The notes under the pieces: model-generated
What the model was told of the DNA's origin: nothing
Database searches by the model: none
The model's input: only the letters and a program-made list of their open reading frames with translations
Translations under genes and position numbers: made by a program
Source: Lytechinus pictus
Taxonomy: Eukaryota
Reading direction: 5' to 3'
Assembly: GCF_037042905.1 (NCBI RefSeq)
Contig: NC_087245.1
Span: 20,648,001-20,712,000 of the forward strand
DNA: 64,000 bases
Part shown: piece after piece, positions 1-13,343 of the stretch
Layout of the letters: each line of letters opens with the position of its first letter
How positions within the stretch are numbered: the stretch's first letter is position 1

Positions 1-410
1 CAGTCCGTGTACTTTTAAGGGATCACGTATACATGTGAGTTGACAGTATTACCAATAAAGTAATTTCATTACATCAGTGGGGATATACAAATATTTGATT
101 GATTTATTTGTGATCACGAATTAATTTCGATATGTCTATCACTTTCCCCACCGAATTCACGATACATTTCCTCTAATTATTGGCGTTGTGTAAAGAAAAA
201 TGAACCGATGCTGGCTGGAATAATTAAGCGCTTTGTTTGCTGGTTATAGATTTGACCCCTGTATATCTTCGGCTATTAAGCCAAACATTGCCATGCATAT
301 AGGCATAGGTAGGTGTGTTCTGACTGTCGTGGCGTCACTTTGGTTATGTATCACCTGTGCAGTTCCACTCAAGCCCGCACATAACTTTCTGGGAGTTCTT
401 TAATACTCTA

Positions 411-2480
411 CAGTGCGTATCAAAAAAAAGTTTACACTTTGAAAAAGCCCTGGGAATTAAAAGATATAAAACATGTGGGTAATTTATTCACATATAATCT
501 TGGGTAGGGTCTCATCTATCCAACAGTCAGTCCGCAAGCCCTGAAAAAGTAGCTTCCTTTATCCAAGTGATATTCATGACAAGAGGGTTTTTGCATAGTT
601 AATGAGCTTGGTGCGAACCAAAACACCTCTTTTTATTCGGCCATTGCTGCTCTAAATATTGACCAAATTTCATGTTTTTGGTATCTTTGTAAAGAAGAAG
701 AATCATTCATTTAGGTCATGTGTTTGGATTTTTAAAAAAAGGTTGTAATATAGGAAAAACTTTTGATTTAAAACATGAAACAAAATATTTTTTTCATGCA
801 ACAAAAGTTGTTGTTTTTACACTTAATTTCTGTTTAGGCACAACTGATTTTTAAATCATGATAAAGCTGAAGATCTAAGCTTTAATATGATATAATTTTT
901 ATAAGAAGATGTATTTTAGATGGGTCAGCAGCCAGCTTTTCATAGGCCAGGTACATTTTGCAGCTCAAAAACAAGAATACTGCGCTCTGATTGGTCATAG
1001 ACCACACACCCACGCAAATTCCAATGTTCCCCACACTGGGCCTCTGCAAGGTCACACTCACCATGTGGTAATCTCGTCAAATTACCCGCGCCTGTTTGTT
1101 TTGAAAACAGTATTCAGCCAATCAGAACTCTGGATTTTATGTTACTCAGAAATTTCTGAAATCTCGTCTTGCATCTTGATGGAAATAACTGGCTGCTGAC
1201 CCATCTAAAAGATGCCACATATCAAGAGTGACTTTGTAAGAAAGTATAGAGTTTGAGCTTTCTGATGATATAAATAATGTTGGTGCCTAAAACACAAAAT
1301 GTTGCACAATTTGCAAGTGAAAACAGAGGAAGAAAATTATGTTTGATGCATCTTTTCAGGTAAAAAATTCACTTATTTATCAAAATATTTCATTCAAAAG
1401 AAATGACTAATATAAAAGGGTAACATTTACTCTTGCCCATGGTACAAAAATAATCAATATTACTCAAGGAGAAAGTGGTTAAATTCTTTGAGAAAGAAAG
1501 TCTCACAATTCACGAGATTTTGCAGGGACATGAATTCAGCCACGAGAGGACTTGGATAAATCTTGCTCATTTGCTCATTAACACAGGGGCTTGCGGACTG
1601 ACTGCCAATGAAAGTAAAAGTTTTGACAGAATGTTACACTTGAGTGAGCACTGTCCATTTTTGTAAAGCTCGCAGAAATCTGTTTGCGCAGAAATGCTGG
1701 TTTTCACGCTGTGTCAAGGGGAAAGGGCGAAATCAAACTTACCCTGCGAAACATTTCTCATAAAATTCCCTTGCACTTTTAGTCGATTCAAATAAAACCG
1801 ATACATTCAAGCATTTTGTAACAATTTTGCCACCCAAATTGAAATTTCAACACTTAGTAAGCACTACCTTTACCCTTTTTGTGCCAACTGGATCTGAGGA
1901 CTTAACTGAATCTGAACAAAAACTTATAACAGACATCTCAAGCATTTTATCACTACGTTTTTATCATTTAAAATGGGTTTACATTTCATTTTTCATTTAA
2001 TACTTGTTTCTCCACACTTTTTCCAAGCTTGACGATGATTAACAAAATGAGAATCAAGCCTTAGCCATTTCATGTAAATCACAGCTCAGTGTAAAGCAAA
2101 TATCGTCACGATGGCCTTGGTGGGAGGGGGAGTGGGATGGGGTGCAATGCACTCTTCGAAGTGTTTTGGGCAAGGAAATAAGTTAAAAAAAGGTAAAAGA
2201 TATCTTCAAATCAATTTTACTAGCTAAATTCCACGTGATCTTCATGATTAAGGTTACTTTTATTAATATAACTATTTCAAAGTTCTGCGCAAATCATTTT
2301 TCACTAACTTTTCAAAAGTAAGTGGTGCTCACTCAAGCGGAAATATTTTTCGACAGTTATATCGTCATTTGCTTAAATGGATCTGTACTAATGTTAGAAT
2401 GTGGAAAAATCTTCAGGATATTACAAATGTACAATTTTACAGGATTTGTTATAAATGTAAACTTTTTTTGATACGCACTG
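411..2480. mobile_element. Non-autonomous Tc1/mariner-type DNA transposon (TA-flanked) carrying a nested insertion
   Basis: TA|CAGTGCGTATCAAAAAAAAGTTTACA ... TGTAAACTTTTTTTGATACGCACTG|TA. Subterminal inverted motif CTTGAGTGAGCAC (~1639) pairs with GTGCTCACTCAAG (~2325). No transposase ORF. Confidence 0.85.
524..1604. mobile_element. Nested non-autonomous TIR element with 4-bp TSD (CCAA), possibly Academ-like
   Basis: CCAA|CAGTCAGTCCGCAAGCCC ... GGGCTTGCGGACTGACTG|CCAA. Internal inverted repeat TTTTAGATGGGTCAGCAGCCAG (914-935) / CTGGCTGCTGACCCATCTAAAA (1189-1210). The superfamily assignment is inferred from the ends and TSD length only. Confidence 0.8.
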
Positions 2481-3904
2481 TATAGGAAAATAATGTACAT
2501 AATTATAATTGTTCAATTATTTTTGAAGAAAAAATAAGGCTAAACCTGGGGAAGAGGGTGATGCACCCTAAAAAGATTTAAAATTATAAAACAAAAAATA
2601 TTGTAGCTAACGTCCGAGCATGCATGTGGGAAACTTAATATTTGTACAGCGTAACTTTCTTGAAAAAGGGGTCATCATGTACATAAATACTAAAAATGTG
2701 TTTCTATCTGCGCACAATTAAACCTATCATTGGAATGTGCATGACACCAACATGTACGAATTTCTGTCTCAATAAAGATTTGCTATTGTGATATTTTTCA
2801 GTCCATCAGCAAATTCAGTGATCTGACATAGACATTGGTTTGTCCTATTGACCAAATTTAATTGGTTTGTAAACGAAAATATAATGGGGTTCTGATTAAA
2901 ATTTATATTACTAAATTTCTAAAACGTGACAAATAAAACAAGGCCTATAAGCTATTAGTTCACCGATAAGCCACTTGTAAAAAAATTTACTAACTGCCCA
3001 ATAATTAAAAAATACAACATTAATGAAATATAAAGTATAGAACACAGGACATACCATATAAACACATATTCTATGAAATATAACATATGAAATAACATAA
3101 CATGTGATAAGATTATACATGTGATTATACATTACATATTTATATGAGAATATACAATACTTCAACTGAATATATTATTGATGACGAAATATGTCTTACC
3201 TTTTTTTTTTTTTTCAGAATTAAATGTATGTTTTGTCATTGTTTTAATACTTTCAGGGTATATTATATGTTAAGGAAAATGGGAAACATCCCAACTTTAA
3301 CACAACAAACTGTTATAGACGTTATATATTTTTCAGAATTAATTTACAGACGGGATAGTGTTACACGACCGATACTTATCCTTTCTTCTCTTTTCCTCGT
3401 TTACTTCTCTCTTTTTTTGCCAATTTTCATTTTTTTAACTACATGAAAATCGTCCCTGCCCCCCCCCCCCCTTGGCTCCTCTCCTGAAAACAATCCGAAT
3501 GTGAATGAATTTAAAAGTAAATATTTCATCTACTGTTTCAACACAACTTCTCGCCCGGTTTATTTATTTCCAAATTACATCAGTCCGCGTTTCTTTATCT
3601 CCCAACCTTAATTGATAGCAAATTTACTGATATTTCATTTCTGATTGATGTGATGTTAAGTTGAATTTTGTTTGCATTTTCAATCGTTGGATCGAAAAAA
3701 AACTCTAAGTAGAAGAACAAGTAGAAAAATGGAGATAGTTATCATTTATGTTCCTCAAAGTTAATATAACGTGTTGTTTCGGTTTGTGTTTTTATATCTT
3801 GTTATGACTCAAGGTTGATTTACTTTTGATTAAGCATTGGACATGTGTAATATTTATATACTTTACTACTTTAACAGATTGGTATTTATTTTTTCCAAAT
3901 TTAG

Positions 3905-6900
3905 ATGTTACTCGCACATGCCGTTATTACTGTCTTGCTGCAGGCGAGAGGAGTGTTTGGACAAGACGATTGTTATGGTGAGTTATTTTCATTATTGTAT
4001 AGATAAAGCTATCATTCTAATTAGGGTCACCTCTCGCATCGTTTCTATTATTATTGTGCGTAAGGACTATAATGTGCATCATGATGATTTGAGTCGAGTA
4101 TTTTCCTTGTAATATGAACCAGATTCGAACCAAGGCTTAGACTTTGGTTCGAATCTGATTCCTGTTATAAGGAAGGTGACTGATCAGTGACTGTCCAATT
4201 GGTATCAATCAAAATGACGATGAAATTAACGAACCATAAATAAAGGGTTTTGAAATTATGATCTTTCAATTTTGGAAAATAGTATTTTTTTCCTTTAATT
4301 CGAGCAAATGTCTCTACACGGTATAGATATTCCCTTGTTACTCCTTCACAGCTTGTGGCGAGTCTATGTACAAATTCAACAACTCCTGCTACCAATTTAA
4401 CACAACTGGAACAGATATATGGACCGCCAAAACAAACTGCGAGGTGGTCGGCTTCCATCTAGTGTATATTGAAACGAAACAGGAACAGGACTTTCTGGTA
4501 TCTACTGGTAACATCGTTCGTCCTTCAAGTGACTTCTGGATTGGAATCGAAAAGACGACAGGAGGAGAGTGGGTATGGATGGATGGCACAGTGATTACCT
4601 ACTCTAATTTCGGTCTTATCACTAGAGGTGGCGAGTGCTTTCGGCTTAGGAGACGGAAAGACTACATATGGGCAGACCGTGAATGCAATGACACCAGGAT
4701 TGGATATATATGTGAGAAAGAACAAGGTTAGTTGATATCTACTTTTGTTTTGAGAAGAGTGAAAAGTTGTGCCTCATGCAATGGTGGTCATATATTTCAA
4801 CAGTAACTTCAATGTAGGTGGTATTTCGGGCTCCGTAGCGTAAAGGTTTGCAATAAATAGCTAAATGCGAATGGCCAATCAAAGTCAATGTTGGGTGCGC
4901 ACTTTGTTCAAAACACTTACCAGGATCCAATCAGAGTGGTTCTTTCGTATTTGCAGTTGGTAGCAAACCTCTGTTACTGAACCCTGTATTACGTCCTGGT
5001 CCCCGCTATACATGTAGCGCTGTAGGAACAAACCATACTTAGCACTGTTGTTACATATTAACTAAAGATCAAGATTTAAAATATAAAGGTGTCAAGATGA
5101 TACGTCTTCAATATTCTCATGATTCACCACTATCTTACATTACAGGTTGTGATAGCGAAATGACAACCCAATCACCTGTGACTCATTTTGCTTCAAAGAC
5201 AACATCGTCCGTTTCTGGTATGTCAGTCCTGCCATTACCTACATCTACCACGATGACTGCAAGTACTACAGAGGAAAAGACATCAAGTACGGTGGATATG
5301 GTCGTAGGCCTAATCCTAAAAAATGTGACTGACACTCCTCTGGTGGTTCTGTCATCTACAAAGGACTTACATCGGACACCGGGAAGATCTCATACAACTC
5401 TAACTTCTATGACAACCAAAGAGAAAGTACGTAGTACAACAAAAGTTTTAAGTGCTACTGAGATGGAATCAGAAGCTACAGTTTTGAACTCCCCAAATCA
5501 GGTAACCTTAGCTTCTACAGAAAGCAATCGTGATACCAGTACGGTGACAGTGAATGGGCTTTCTGGTATACCGACAATCCCACAGGAAGTGCAGACCACA
5601 ACCACTCCAAGAACAAGCTCACAGGAAGGGCAGATCGCGGCCATTCCAAGCACAATCTCACAGGAAGAGCAGACCTCGGCCATTCCAAGCACAGTCTCAC
5701 AGAGAGTACAGACCTCGGCCATTCTAAGCACAATCCCACAGGAAGAGCAGACCTCGACCATGCCAAGCACAATCATACAGGAAGTGCAGACCTCGGCCAT
5801 TCCAAGCACAATCCCACAGAAAGTGCAGACCTCGGCCATTCCAAGCACAATCCCACAGGAAGAGCAGACCTCGCCCATTCCAAACACAATCCCACCGGAA
5901 GAGCAGACCTCGGCCATCCCAAGTATTATTCCTCAGGAAGATCAGACTTCGGCCATTCCAAGCACAATCCCACAGGTAGAGCAGACCTCGGCCGTTCCAA
6001 ACACAATCCCACCGGAAGAGCAGACCTCGACCATTCCAAGCATTATTCCTCAGGAAGAGCAGACCTCGGCCATGCCAAGCACAATCATACAGGAAGCGCA
6101 GACCTCGGCCATTCTAAGCACAATCCCACAGATAGATCAGACCTCGGCCATGCCAAGCACAATCATACAGGAAGCGCAGACGTCGGCCATTCCAAGCACA
6201 ATCCCACATGGAGAGCAGACCTCGGCCATTCCAAACACAATCCCACCGGAAGAGCAGACCTCGGCCATTCCAAGTATTATTCCTCAGGAAGATCAGACTT
6301 CGACCGTTCCAAGCACAATCCCACAGGTAGAGCAGACCCCGGCCGTTCCAAACACAATCCCACCGGAAGAGCAGACCTCGGCCATTCCAAGCACAATCCC
6401 AAAGGAAGAGCAGACCTCGGCCATTTCAAGCACAAACCCGCAGGTAGAAAATACCTCATCGGCCATTCTAAGCTCCACGTCACACTCGACTCCCTCGGAA
6501 AAAGTATTCACTACACGTGCAACCAGTAAGTATTGCTATCTTAACAGTACTATTTTCACAATAAGGAAATAATTAAAACATTGTTTTCATGTTCAAAGTT
6601 CCAAAACAGAAGTCATGTTATGGAGTTGGATTCAAAATTAGTGGTAACAAGATTTTATATATAAGAAAATAAATTGACGGCAAAAATAATTACTTAATTC
6701 ATAATAATAATAGAAACGATGCGAGAGGTGACCCTAATTAGAAATAATCTTAATAAACAGGAAAGACTAACCCCGTATCCACATTCTCTCACCCTCACAC
6801 ACTCTCATCCCCTAACTATACTTCCTTCAACCATTTAAGGGCACGGAGCGACCGCTCCTCGTAGTTTACAAGTAGTGACACAAAAGGGGAAAAGAGGAAA

Positions 6901-7465
6901 GAAAAAGAAAGAACGAAGAAGGGAGGATATCAAAAGGAAACGTCTGAGATGTGCAATTCTACCTTTCTCCTGATATTCGACTGTATTTAAAGAATGGCAT
7001 CACCTTTAGATGTATTAAATAATGAGATCAAAGGTCACCAGCATTTCCGGAAGTACCTTCCTGTCAAAACCTTTCTGACAAGCAAAAACAAAAGGCCATC
7101 GATCTTCTATCAGGCGGCACTGTGCCCCCGGTACGGCGAGTGATTATTACCTGATGATCTCTTTATCTTAAACTCATGTTCAGTAATTTTTTTTACACCA
7201 TTTTATTCTGTATTACGCAGGAAGGTCAGTCAGCCGCAAATTTCGTTTGTTTGCAACAGACGCTGTGCTGCTGGAAGCAACAAATTCTTTACCCATCTCA
7301 ACTCATTCCACTTTGAGGTGTGCGAGTTTCTGCATCTCATCGGAGAGCTGTTCTTATTTTTCCTACACACCGTCGTCATCAAAGTGCATTCTGGGATACA
7401 ACATTGCTGATAATTCGAACACTTTTATTGGCGAAAGTGGCTCTGTGATATATGCTGTCTTTTGA
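3905..7465 (+). CDS. Secreted C-type lectin / mucin-like repeat / PAN-apple domain protein, paralog 1 (690 aa, 4 exons)
   Basis: Exons: 3905-3977 (signal-peptide-like MLLAHAVITVLLQARGVFG), 4352-4726 (CTLD: CY.F, C...G.HLVYI, FWIG, W.WMDG, C...WADREC...YICE), 5146-6525 (S/T-rich, 13-aa repeats), 7221-7465 (CASFC.....CSYFSY......CILG). All introns are GT-AG and phase 1. The joined length is 2073 nt with an open frame to TGA. Confidence 0.88.
5575..6450 (+). repeat. Coding 39-bp tandem repeat (13 aa, QTSAIPSTIPQEE), ~22 copies
   Basis: Recurrent CAGACCTCGGCCATTCCAAGCACAATCCCACAGGAAGAG unit inside exon 3. Confidence 0.95.
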
Positions 7466-7804
7466 TATCCATTCCCATTTTAGACATTGTAACAGTAAAA
7501 CATGAATACTTACCTTGTCACTACCAAACAAAGGAATGGCAGTATTTAACTACATTTGAAATACTACAAGTAACTCTAAGACCTAGACTTATCGCCCTTT
7601 CACACCGTGAATTTTTTTTCGTAATTTCAGTGATAATTCCAGTGAAAAATAAGGCTAATGACGAATGTTTAACATGTGTGAAACCAAACTAGAACATGAT
7701 TATAATCACGAACGCTAATCTATGGAAGCTTAAAAGTGCCACCGAGATGTTGAGATAATTATCTTGGGAAGTCGACATCATGATAGCAAAAGATCAGATG
7801 ACGA

Positions 7805-8175
7805 GATCCCGGATCTCATCATGTCAACATCTTTTAGAAGAGATGATGAGATGACAAGATCCTGGAGCTCATCATGTCAACATCTTTTAGAAGAGATGAT
7901 GAGATGACAAGATCCCGGATCTCATCGTGTCAACATCTTTTAGAAGAGATGATGAGATGACAAGATCCCGGATCTCATCATGTCAACATATTTTAGAAGA
8001 GATGATCAGTTGACAAGATCCCGGATCTCGTCATGTCGACATCTTTCAGAAGAGATGATCAGTTGACAAGATCCCGGATCTCATCATGTCAACATCCTTT
8101 TGAAGAGATGATCAGATGACAAGATCTCGGATCTCATCATGTCGACATCTTTTAGAAGAGATGATCAGTTGACAA
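7805..8175 (+). repeat. 53-bp tandem repeat, 7 full copies (left TIR)
   Basis: Unit GATCCCGGATCTCATCATGTCAACATCTTTTAGAAGAGATGATGAGATGACAA. Confidence 0.95.
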
Positions 8176-9454
8176 TATCCTAAACCATTCATTGCGAACA
8201 TAACGCGGCGCTAAATTATGGAACGCCAGGCTGGACACAATTCGTCACCAACAGTACATGGTACATCCGCCAATTGATGTGTCCAGATAGCGGAACAAAG
8301 TGTGATTTTGTTGAACGAGTAAAAGAAAAAGGAGGAGAAGAAGAAAAAGAACAAGAGGAAGCAAGTGCGGTTCTACGGGTGGGCTATGAAGAATAAAGCC
8401 CCCCCCCCCCAATAAAAAAGGACCACAAATCCTCTGTAAGTCGTAAGTGCTCTTGAAAACTTTTACAATTCAAATTCGAACATTTTCTCGCTCGGTTGTT
8501 ACACATTCCCTCGCAAAATAATATCTAAGCTTAAAATACATTAATGCTCTATTGATGTGCGACTATAGTCAGCCAATAATTTCCCTGTACGTACAATACA
8601 GTAAACTACTGTGGACACACCCTGTTGGATATAACCATGGACCTACTAGGTCCATGATATAACCGAGTGTCAGCAATAAGGAGTGAGAAAATTTTTTTTT
8701 TTCAAAGTAGCTCTCCCCTCCCCCGTCCCCGAAAATCAAACTAGGCCTACCAATGTAAAGTAGAAGATTAAACCCTGATTTGTTTTCCTATTTTGGCCAA
8801 AAGTGCTGTGAATTTTTGCCATTCTTCAGTAGTTTCTCTCACGGCTCGGTCGCTATCATGCTCTCTGACCTACTAGTAAAGTGCCCGAGGACATGTCCCA
8901 TTGAGACCTGTAGGGCTACAGCATGGGCGAAAATTATTTTTGAAAAGCACCCTAAACGGGATATCAGGAGCGGTAGTTTTGTTACCCTAAATGGGAAAAA
9001 TCACTTTAAATCACCCTACAGGATCAGTAGTTTTGATACCCTAAAACCGGGACCCTAATCGGGGGAAAATGTTTTCAATATTCAATTTCATACCGGCCCT
9101 TGACGGATAGTTTATCTTGAGTGTTATTTAGTCAAGCAATCGCTCGTTCGCTACCCTTCTCGCGTATGAAGAAGTTGAACGCCTGGAGAGGGTAACAACA
9201 CAGACCTCCTCATTGCCAGTCTTGTCCCCCTTATCATGGAACTAAATCACTGGTCCAGGGTGTTATACATGTTGATGTGGTTTTATTTCGCACGGTCGCT
9301 ACGCCCCTCGCATAAAAACTGAAACTAATTTATCACCGGGACGTGATGGGCCAATTTTCCTTGTATTCAAATGACCAACGTCACGCATTTATCTAGAAGA
9401 CCCCCCCCCCCCACAAAAAAAACCTTTTAGTCTAGAACCACGCCTGGATGAAAG

Positions 9455-9541
9455 AGAGGAAGAAGAAGAACAACAACAACAAGAGGAAGGAAGAGGAGAA
9501 GAAGAATTAAGAAGATGAAGAAGAAGAAGAAGAAGAAGAAA
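9455..9541 (+). repeat. (GAA)n/(CAA)n microsatellite
   Basis: Direct reading. Confidence 0.9.
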
Positions 9542-10307
9542 CAGGAAACGCAACCAACATCTGGGATTTGTTGATGTTTTCGTGTAGCCTAATCACTTTA
9601 AATATTTTTTTATTCTTTCATTTTCCAGCATTCTCTGGAAGTCATTTCAATCAGACTCTAAAAAGGAGTTTAATGTGATTGACTTGTATAATTTTATCCA
9701 AAGATCAGTGTAAATTGTTATTGTTGCAAATCTAAGCAACTAGTGTCCCTCTCCGATTTTTAAAGCCTTGTATTTTTTTACAAAAAAAAATGAAAAGGTA
9801 TAATCCCAGTTATTCAAAGCAATGCAAATATATCAAATTCAACACAAAACACTGTGAAAACAAAATTATTTTGGTGTATTTTGATTGGTCTGTTAGATGA
9901 CACGTGCACAGCAGGGATGTGGGACCGATTTTTTTCCTGGGGTGCTGAAAGCATGACAATGTCTATTGCATGTCAGAATTCTCTGGCAAGCAAAAAAAAA
10001 AAAATCAGCAATTTTCGGCCGTGACTCTTCACTCTTCCTCTGAAATTCACGGTTGTCCTGAAAACAGATAATGTCGGGTTTATCAGCAATTTTGGGGATA
10101 GTTTTGGGTCTGAAACGGTCACTCTTTTAGGCTACTATGTTTTATATATTTTTACATGTTTTAGTAGCCCCCATAATATAATCACACTATGTTCCGCTAT
10201 CTGGACACATCAATTGGCGGACGTACCATGTACTGTTGGTGACGAATTGTGTCCAGCCTGGCGTTCCATAATTTTGCGCCGCGTTATGTTTGCAATGAAT
10301 GGTGTAG

Positions 10308-10630
10308 GATCTTGTCAACTGATCATCTCTTCTACAAGATGTCGACATGATGAGATCCGAGATCTTGTCATCTGATCATCTCTTCTAAAAGATGTCGACA
10401 TGATGAGATCCGGGATCTTGACATCTGATCTTCTCTTCAAAAGGATGTTGACATGATGAGATCCGGGATCTTGTCAACTGATCATCTCTTCTGAAAGATG
10501 TCGACATGACGAAATACAGGATCTTGTCATCTCATCATCTCTTCTAAAAGATGTTGACATGATGAGATCTGGGATCTTGTCATCTCATCATCTCTTCTAA
10601 AATATGTTGACATGATGAGATCCGGGATAT
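10308..10630 (-). repeat. 53-bp tandem repeat, 6 full copies (right TIR, inverted)
   Basis: Reverse complement of the 7805-8175 unit. Confidence 0.95.
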
Positions 10631-11219
10631 CGTCATCTGATCTTTTGCTATCATGATGTCGACTTCCCAAGATAATTATCTCAACATCTCGGTGGCACTT
10701 TTAAGCTTCCATACTAATCACAATCACGAATTAAAATTCTACTCCAGAGGCGAATTTTGAGTGTGAAAGGCTTGACCTTCAAAACATCTTTTTGGGGCGG
10801 AGCTTACGTGACCTTTCAAGCACTTCGGAAGTGCTTTAAAGGGGTGCTATCTACGGAATCCGTAGATAATACAATTGTCATGCACTCATCGTAGTTTGTA
10901 TTTGCGATGCAGTGCTTTGATTGACAAGTCACCAAGGACACATATCGCCTTCGCTCGGGAATTCTAGTGAGCGTGTCTAAAGACGAATTACAATGATGAT
11001 TCAAGATTTACGTGTGAAAAGGCCCTCAAAGGAATGGAATCTCTGGAAAATTAGCGCAAAATGCAGGAGACCTGCTTATTTTCTCAGTCATTGTTTTTGT
11101 ATGATTTTTTATATATTTATTTATGATGATGTTGCATGGAAATGGTATAAAATGATGTATTCATCCCTAAACAGAATGTATCGTAAATCATTTAAAGCGT
11201 TTTTATGAACTTATCTAAA

Positions 11220-11238
11220 TGATGATGATGATGATGAC

Positions 11239-11271
<33 letters not shown>

Positions 11272-11290
11272 AATGATGATGATGATGAAG
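11220..11290 (+). repeat. (GAT)n microsatellite
   Basis: Direct reading. Confidence 0.95.
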
Positions 11291-13155
11291 TTGGATAACA
11301 CATCCAAATGCTAATGATTTCAAGCAAGACAGATATTTGACCACCGAAGCAAACAACAAACACTTGCTTTTTGCCTGCTAGAAATGGCTTTAGTGAACAA
11401 ACTCTTGCTTATTATCACGCAAAAGAATTGAAGCAAATGCTTAGCACATGGAATTGCTATTTTTATGTATTTGAACTTCTTTATAGCACTGCACAGTAGA
11501 ATTGGAAAGCGCCTCCAATTAATTTTTTTTTATATTATATAAAAACATGATGACAATCTTTGTTTTGTTTTTCGCTTGACATGACTGTATTCTCATCCTA
11601 ATCCCACATGGTCCCACTCCTGTTTCCATCGTGAGCATTTCAAAATGCCCTTTTATCAATTATCGGTTTCATTTAAACCCCTGAATTGAATTAGATCCAA
11701 TTAATGTGGTTACAGTTCATACGTGCTTTAATGTTTGTGGAAATTCATCGATGTTGAAAATGAAATGAGAGGAAATGGATGTGCGGGCTGTGTTCGCCAG
11801 GAGTCACTTAATGAAAGTCGATCCGATGATCAATCGATTTCTGACAAATATTGGATGGAATTCACACGCCAGAATATCATCTATCGGAAGGAAGATTGGC
11901 ATATGTAGGCTTTTTAGTGTGGTTTTAGGTTTAAAAAAAATCTGAAATGTATTTGCCAGTATTTTTAATGAAGTTTAGAAGCAAACTATATTTGCTTTCT
12001 CTTACCTATGCTATTCTCTCCTCTCTCCATTTTGTATATCTCTCTCTATACATTATTACCAAAGGAGATTTACAAAAAAATTTGCCGTTATTATTGTAAA
12101 CGCCAATACTTCCTGCGAAAAGTATCATGTTAAATTGAATAACAAGATGAGTATAAAATGATCTAGCAAATGCAATGATATATACTTTTTTTGTCATCAC
12201 ATTCGTGATGTTTAAAATTAAATTATATCCTCTATCACATGCGTACCATTCTTACAATAAATTAGATAGTGAAATGTTGGATATAAGGAACGATGTAATC
12301 GATCAGGCCAATCATTACTAAGGATATCTCGGGTTCTGCCATGATAATGTTGATAATCATGATGGAGTAACAAATGAAGCGTATAGAGCAACCCATTTTT
12401 TACAATTGATAAAATATTGACGTTTTAATTACGATAATATATTACGATGAGATGATGATTCGCATTTCCTCACATATGTTTTATATTGGGTTAGCGGAAG
12501 ACAATATAAGCCTGCAGGAGCAATTTGAGCGTTTTGGGGTGACAAAAGTACAGGCAATACTTCGCATTTTACCCTGAAGTCATTTATTAAAGAATAATAT
12601 AATCATGGATATTTAAAACTTTAATTTTCGGAAACTCGGGCATCGAAATAGTTATATCTTTATCTATCAGCGAAATTATCCACAACGACATGAGCGAATA
12701 TAATTATTTTTATCTCAAAAATTTTACATATTTTAAATTATATATAATATGAGCCGCCCGTCCTTTCCTCGCTGCGACAAGATTTAAAAATGTAAAGTGC
12801 TGTTATGATGATAATTCAAGGTCTGTATAGCCTCGTCAATAAAAATATAACCAAGAACTAAGTTATTTTTGTCACAGACATCTGCAGTCTGCTTCCTTAA
12901 GGAAAGACATCAAATCTCCTTAGGGTTTTTATTTCAGAGGTTCATCTTCTTGTATTCTGCCCTAATTCTGCTCCTATTTTCCTATGTTGGTATAGGACAC
13001 CTTTTGTCGTGTTGATAATGGGGAGTGATATTATGCTCGATTCCATATTTCCGATAAAACATTGTGTATTATGGTTGCTAGGAAAGTGGTGCAGGTGCCT
13101 ATATGAATAATACACATTGCCTAATCATAATCATCATGGAGGTAAAGTATCTCAA

Positions 13156-13343
13156 CACTCTTAAAAAAGGTTTACCCAATATTGGATAAAATGGGAACAT
13201 ACATGTTGGTTGGGTAAAAAGATTTCAATTTTAGGCAATTTTGCATTGAAATAGCCCAATATGGGGTCAAAAAAATACCCAGCAAACTGCATGTCCCTTT
13301 CTACCCAATATTGGATAAAATTTTACTCAGTGTTTTTAGAGTG
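13156..13343. mobile_element. Degenerate CACTC-ended MITE
   Basis: CACTCTTAAAAAA ... TTTTTAGAGTG with internal TACCCAATATTGGATAAAA repeats. Same end type as 29309-29504. Confidence 0.6.

Larger units (their letters stand above)
7721..10713. mobile_element. Foldback-type non-autonomous DNA transposon with long TIRs and 6-bp TSD (IS3EU-like ends)
   Basis: CTAATC|TATGGAAGCTTAAAAGTGCC ... GGCACTTTTAAGCTTCCATA|CTAATC. TIR arms are 7721-8307 and 10180-10713, each containing 53-bp tandem repeats. Confidence 0.9.

Noticed and set aside
5498..6511. Minus-strand repetitive ORFs (MAEVCSS...)
   Set aside because: They are shadows of the 39-bp coding repeat.
7805..8175. 53-bp repeats as a CRISPR array
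   Set aside because: The units abut with no unique spacers, are mirrored in the opposite TIR, and lie in eukaryotic DNA with no cas genes.
12940..13015. Hydrophobic reading FIFLYSALILLLFSYVG as the signal exon of paralog 2
   Set aside because: I found no convincing in-frame ATG or donor, it is 9 kb upstream, and T-rich DNA often gives such readings.
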